From Candidatus Omnitrophota bacterium (GTDB lineage: Bacteria; Omnitrophota; Gorgyraeia; Gorgyraeales; Gorgyraeaceae): 50,961 nt of DNA. Position numbers and translations under genes: made by a program. The DNA is taken from assembly GCA_013202925.1 (NCBI GenBank), contig JABMRA010000058.1, positions 1 through 50,961 on the forward strand, read 5' to 3'. The notes beneath the pieces were generated by a model, which did not search any database, had not been told where the DNA came from, and was given only the letters and a program-made list of their open reading frames with translations. This document shows, in pieces, positions 50,959-50,961 of the stretch. How positions within the stretch are numbered: the first letter of the stretch is position 1; each line of letters starts with the position of its first letter.

Positions 50959-50961
50959 ACA

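Overview
This is about 51 kb of chromosome from a diderm (outer-membrane) bacterium. Nearly all genes are on the minus strand and tightly packed, with many 4-nt ATGA-type overlaps. All calls come from reading the sequence and recalling protein motifs; no searches were run.

Contents in window order:
- 1-520: a 23-bp tandem array and a small GIY-YIG nuclease gene bracketed by nested inverted repeats, sitting directly downstream of murF.
- 0.5-7.1 kb: the 5' half of the dcw cluster (mraZ-rsmH-ftsL-ftsI-murE-murF), with a readable sigma70-type promoter and three 10-bp-phased MraZ-box-like repeats.
- 7.2-12 kb: ribF, truB, a DHH/NrnA-like phosphoesterase, rbfA, a short CCA/poly(A)-polymerase-family protein, and an MGDG-synthase-like glycosyltransferase.
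- 12-28.7 kb: a roughly 16.5-kb envelope-glycan cluster. It holds gmhB, a GT9 heptosyltransferase, three GT2 enzymes, a CgeB-like GT, two GT-C-like membrane proteins, DegT, RmlD-like and SDR sugar enzymes, a GNAT, three SAM methyltransferases and a B12-binding radical SAM enzyme. It includes a visibly AT-rich patch.
- 28.9-30 kb: a GAF-GGDEF diguanylate cyclase.
- 30.3-37.2 kb: canonical smc, then a Bcd/EtfB/ferredoxin-EtfA set.
- 37.3-49.1 kb: a roughly 12-kb type II secretion / type IV filament cluster.
- 49.2-50.8 kb: fabF and acpP.

Most notable observations:
1. The secretin carries a C-terminal TonB_C-like domain behind a basic linker.
2. The secretion cluster mixes T2SS and MSHA-like parts. 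It contains an embedded MerR-like HTH gene, an ExeA/MshM-like ATPase, its own internal consensus promoter and a perfect palindrome in the 5' UTR.
3. One nested inverted-repeat element occurs once carrying the GIY-YIG gene and once empty.
4. A composite palindromic intergenic element occurs twice, with compensatory base changes that preserve its stems.
5. An unannotated 55-aa DUF5989-like small membrane protein gene has a strong Shine-Dalgarno (SD) sequence.

No tRNA, rRNA or CRISPR array was found.
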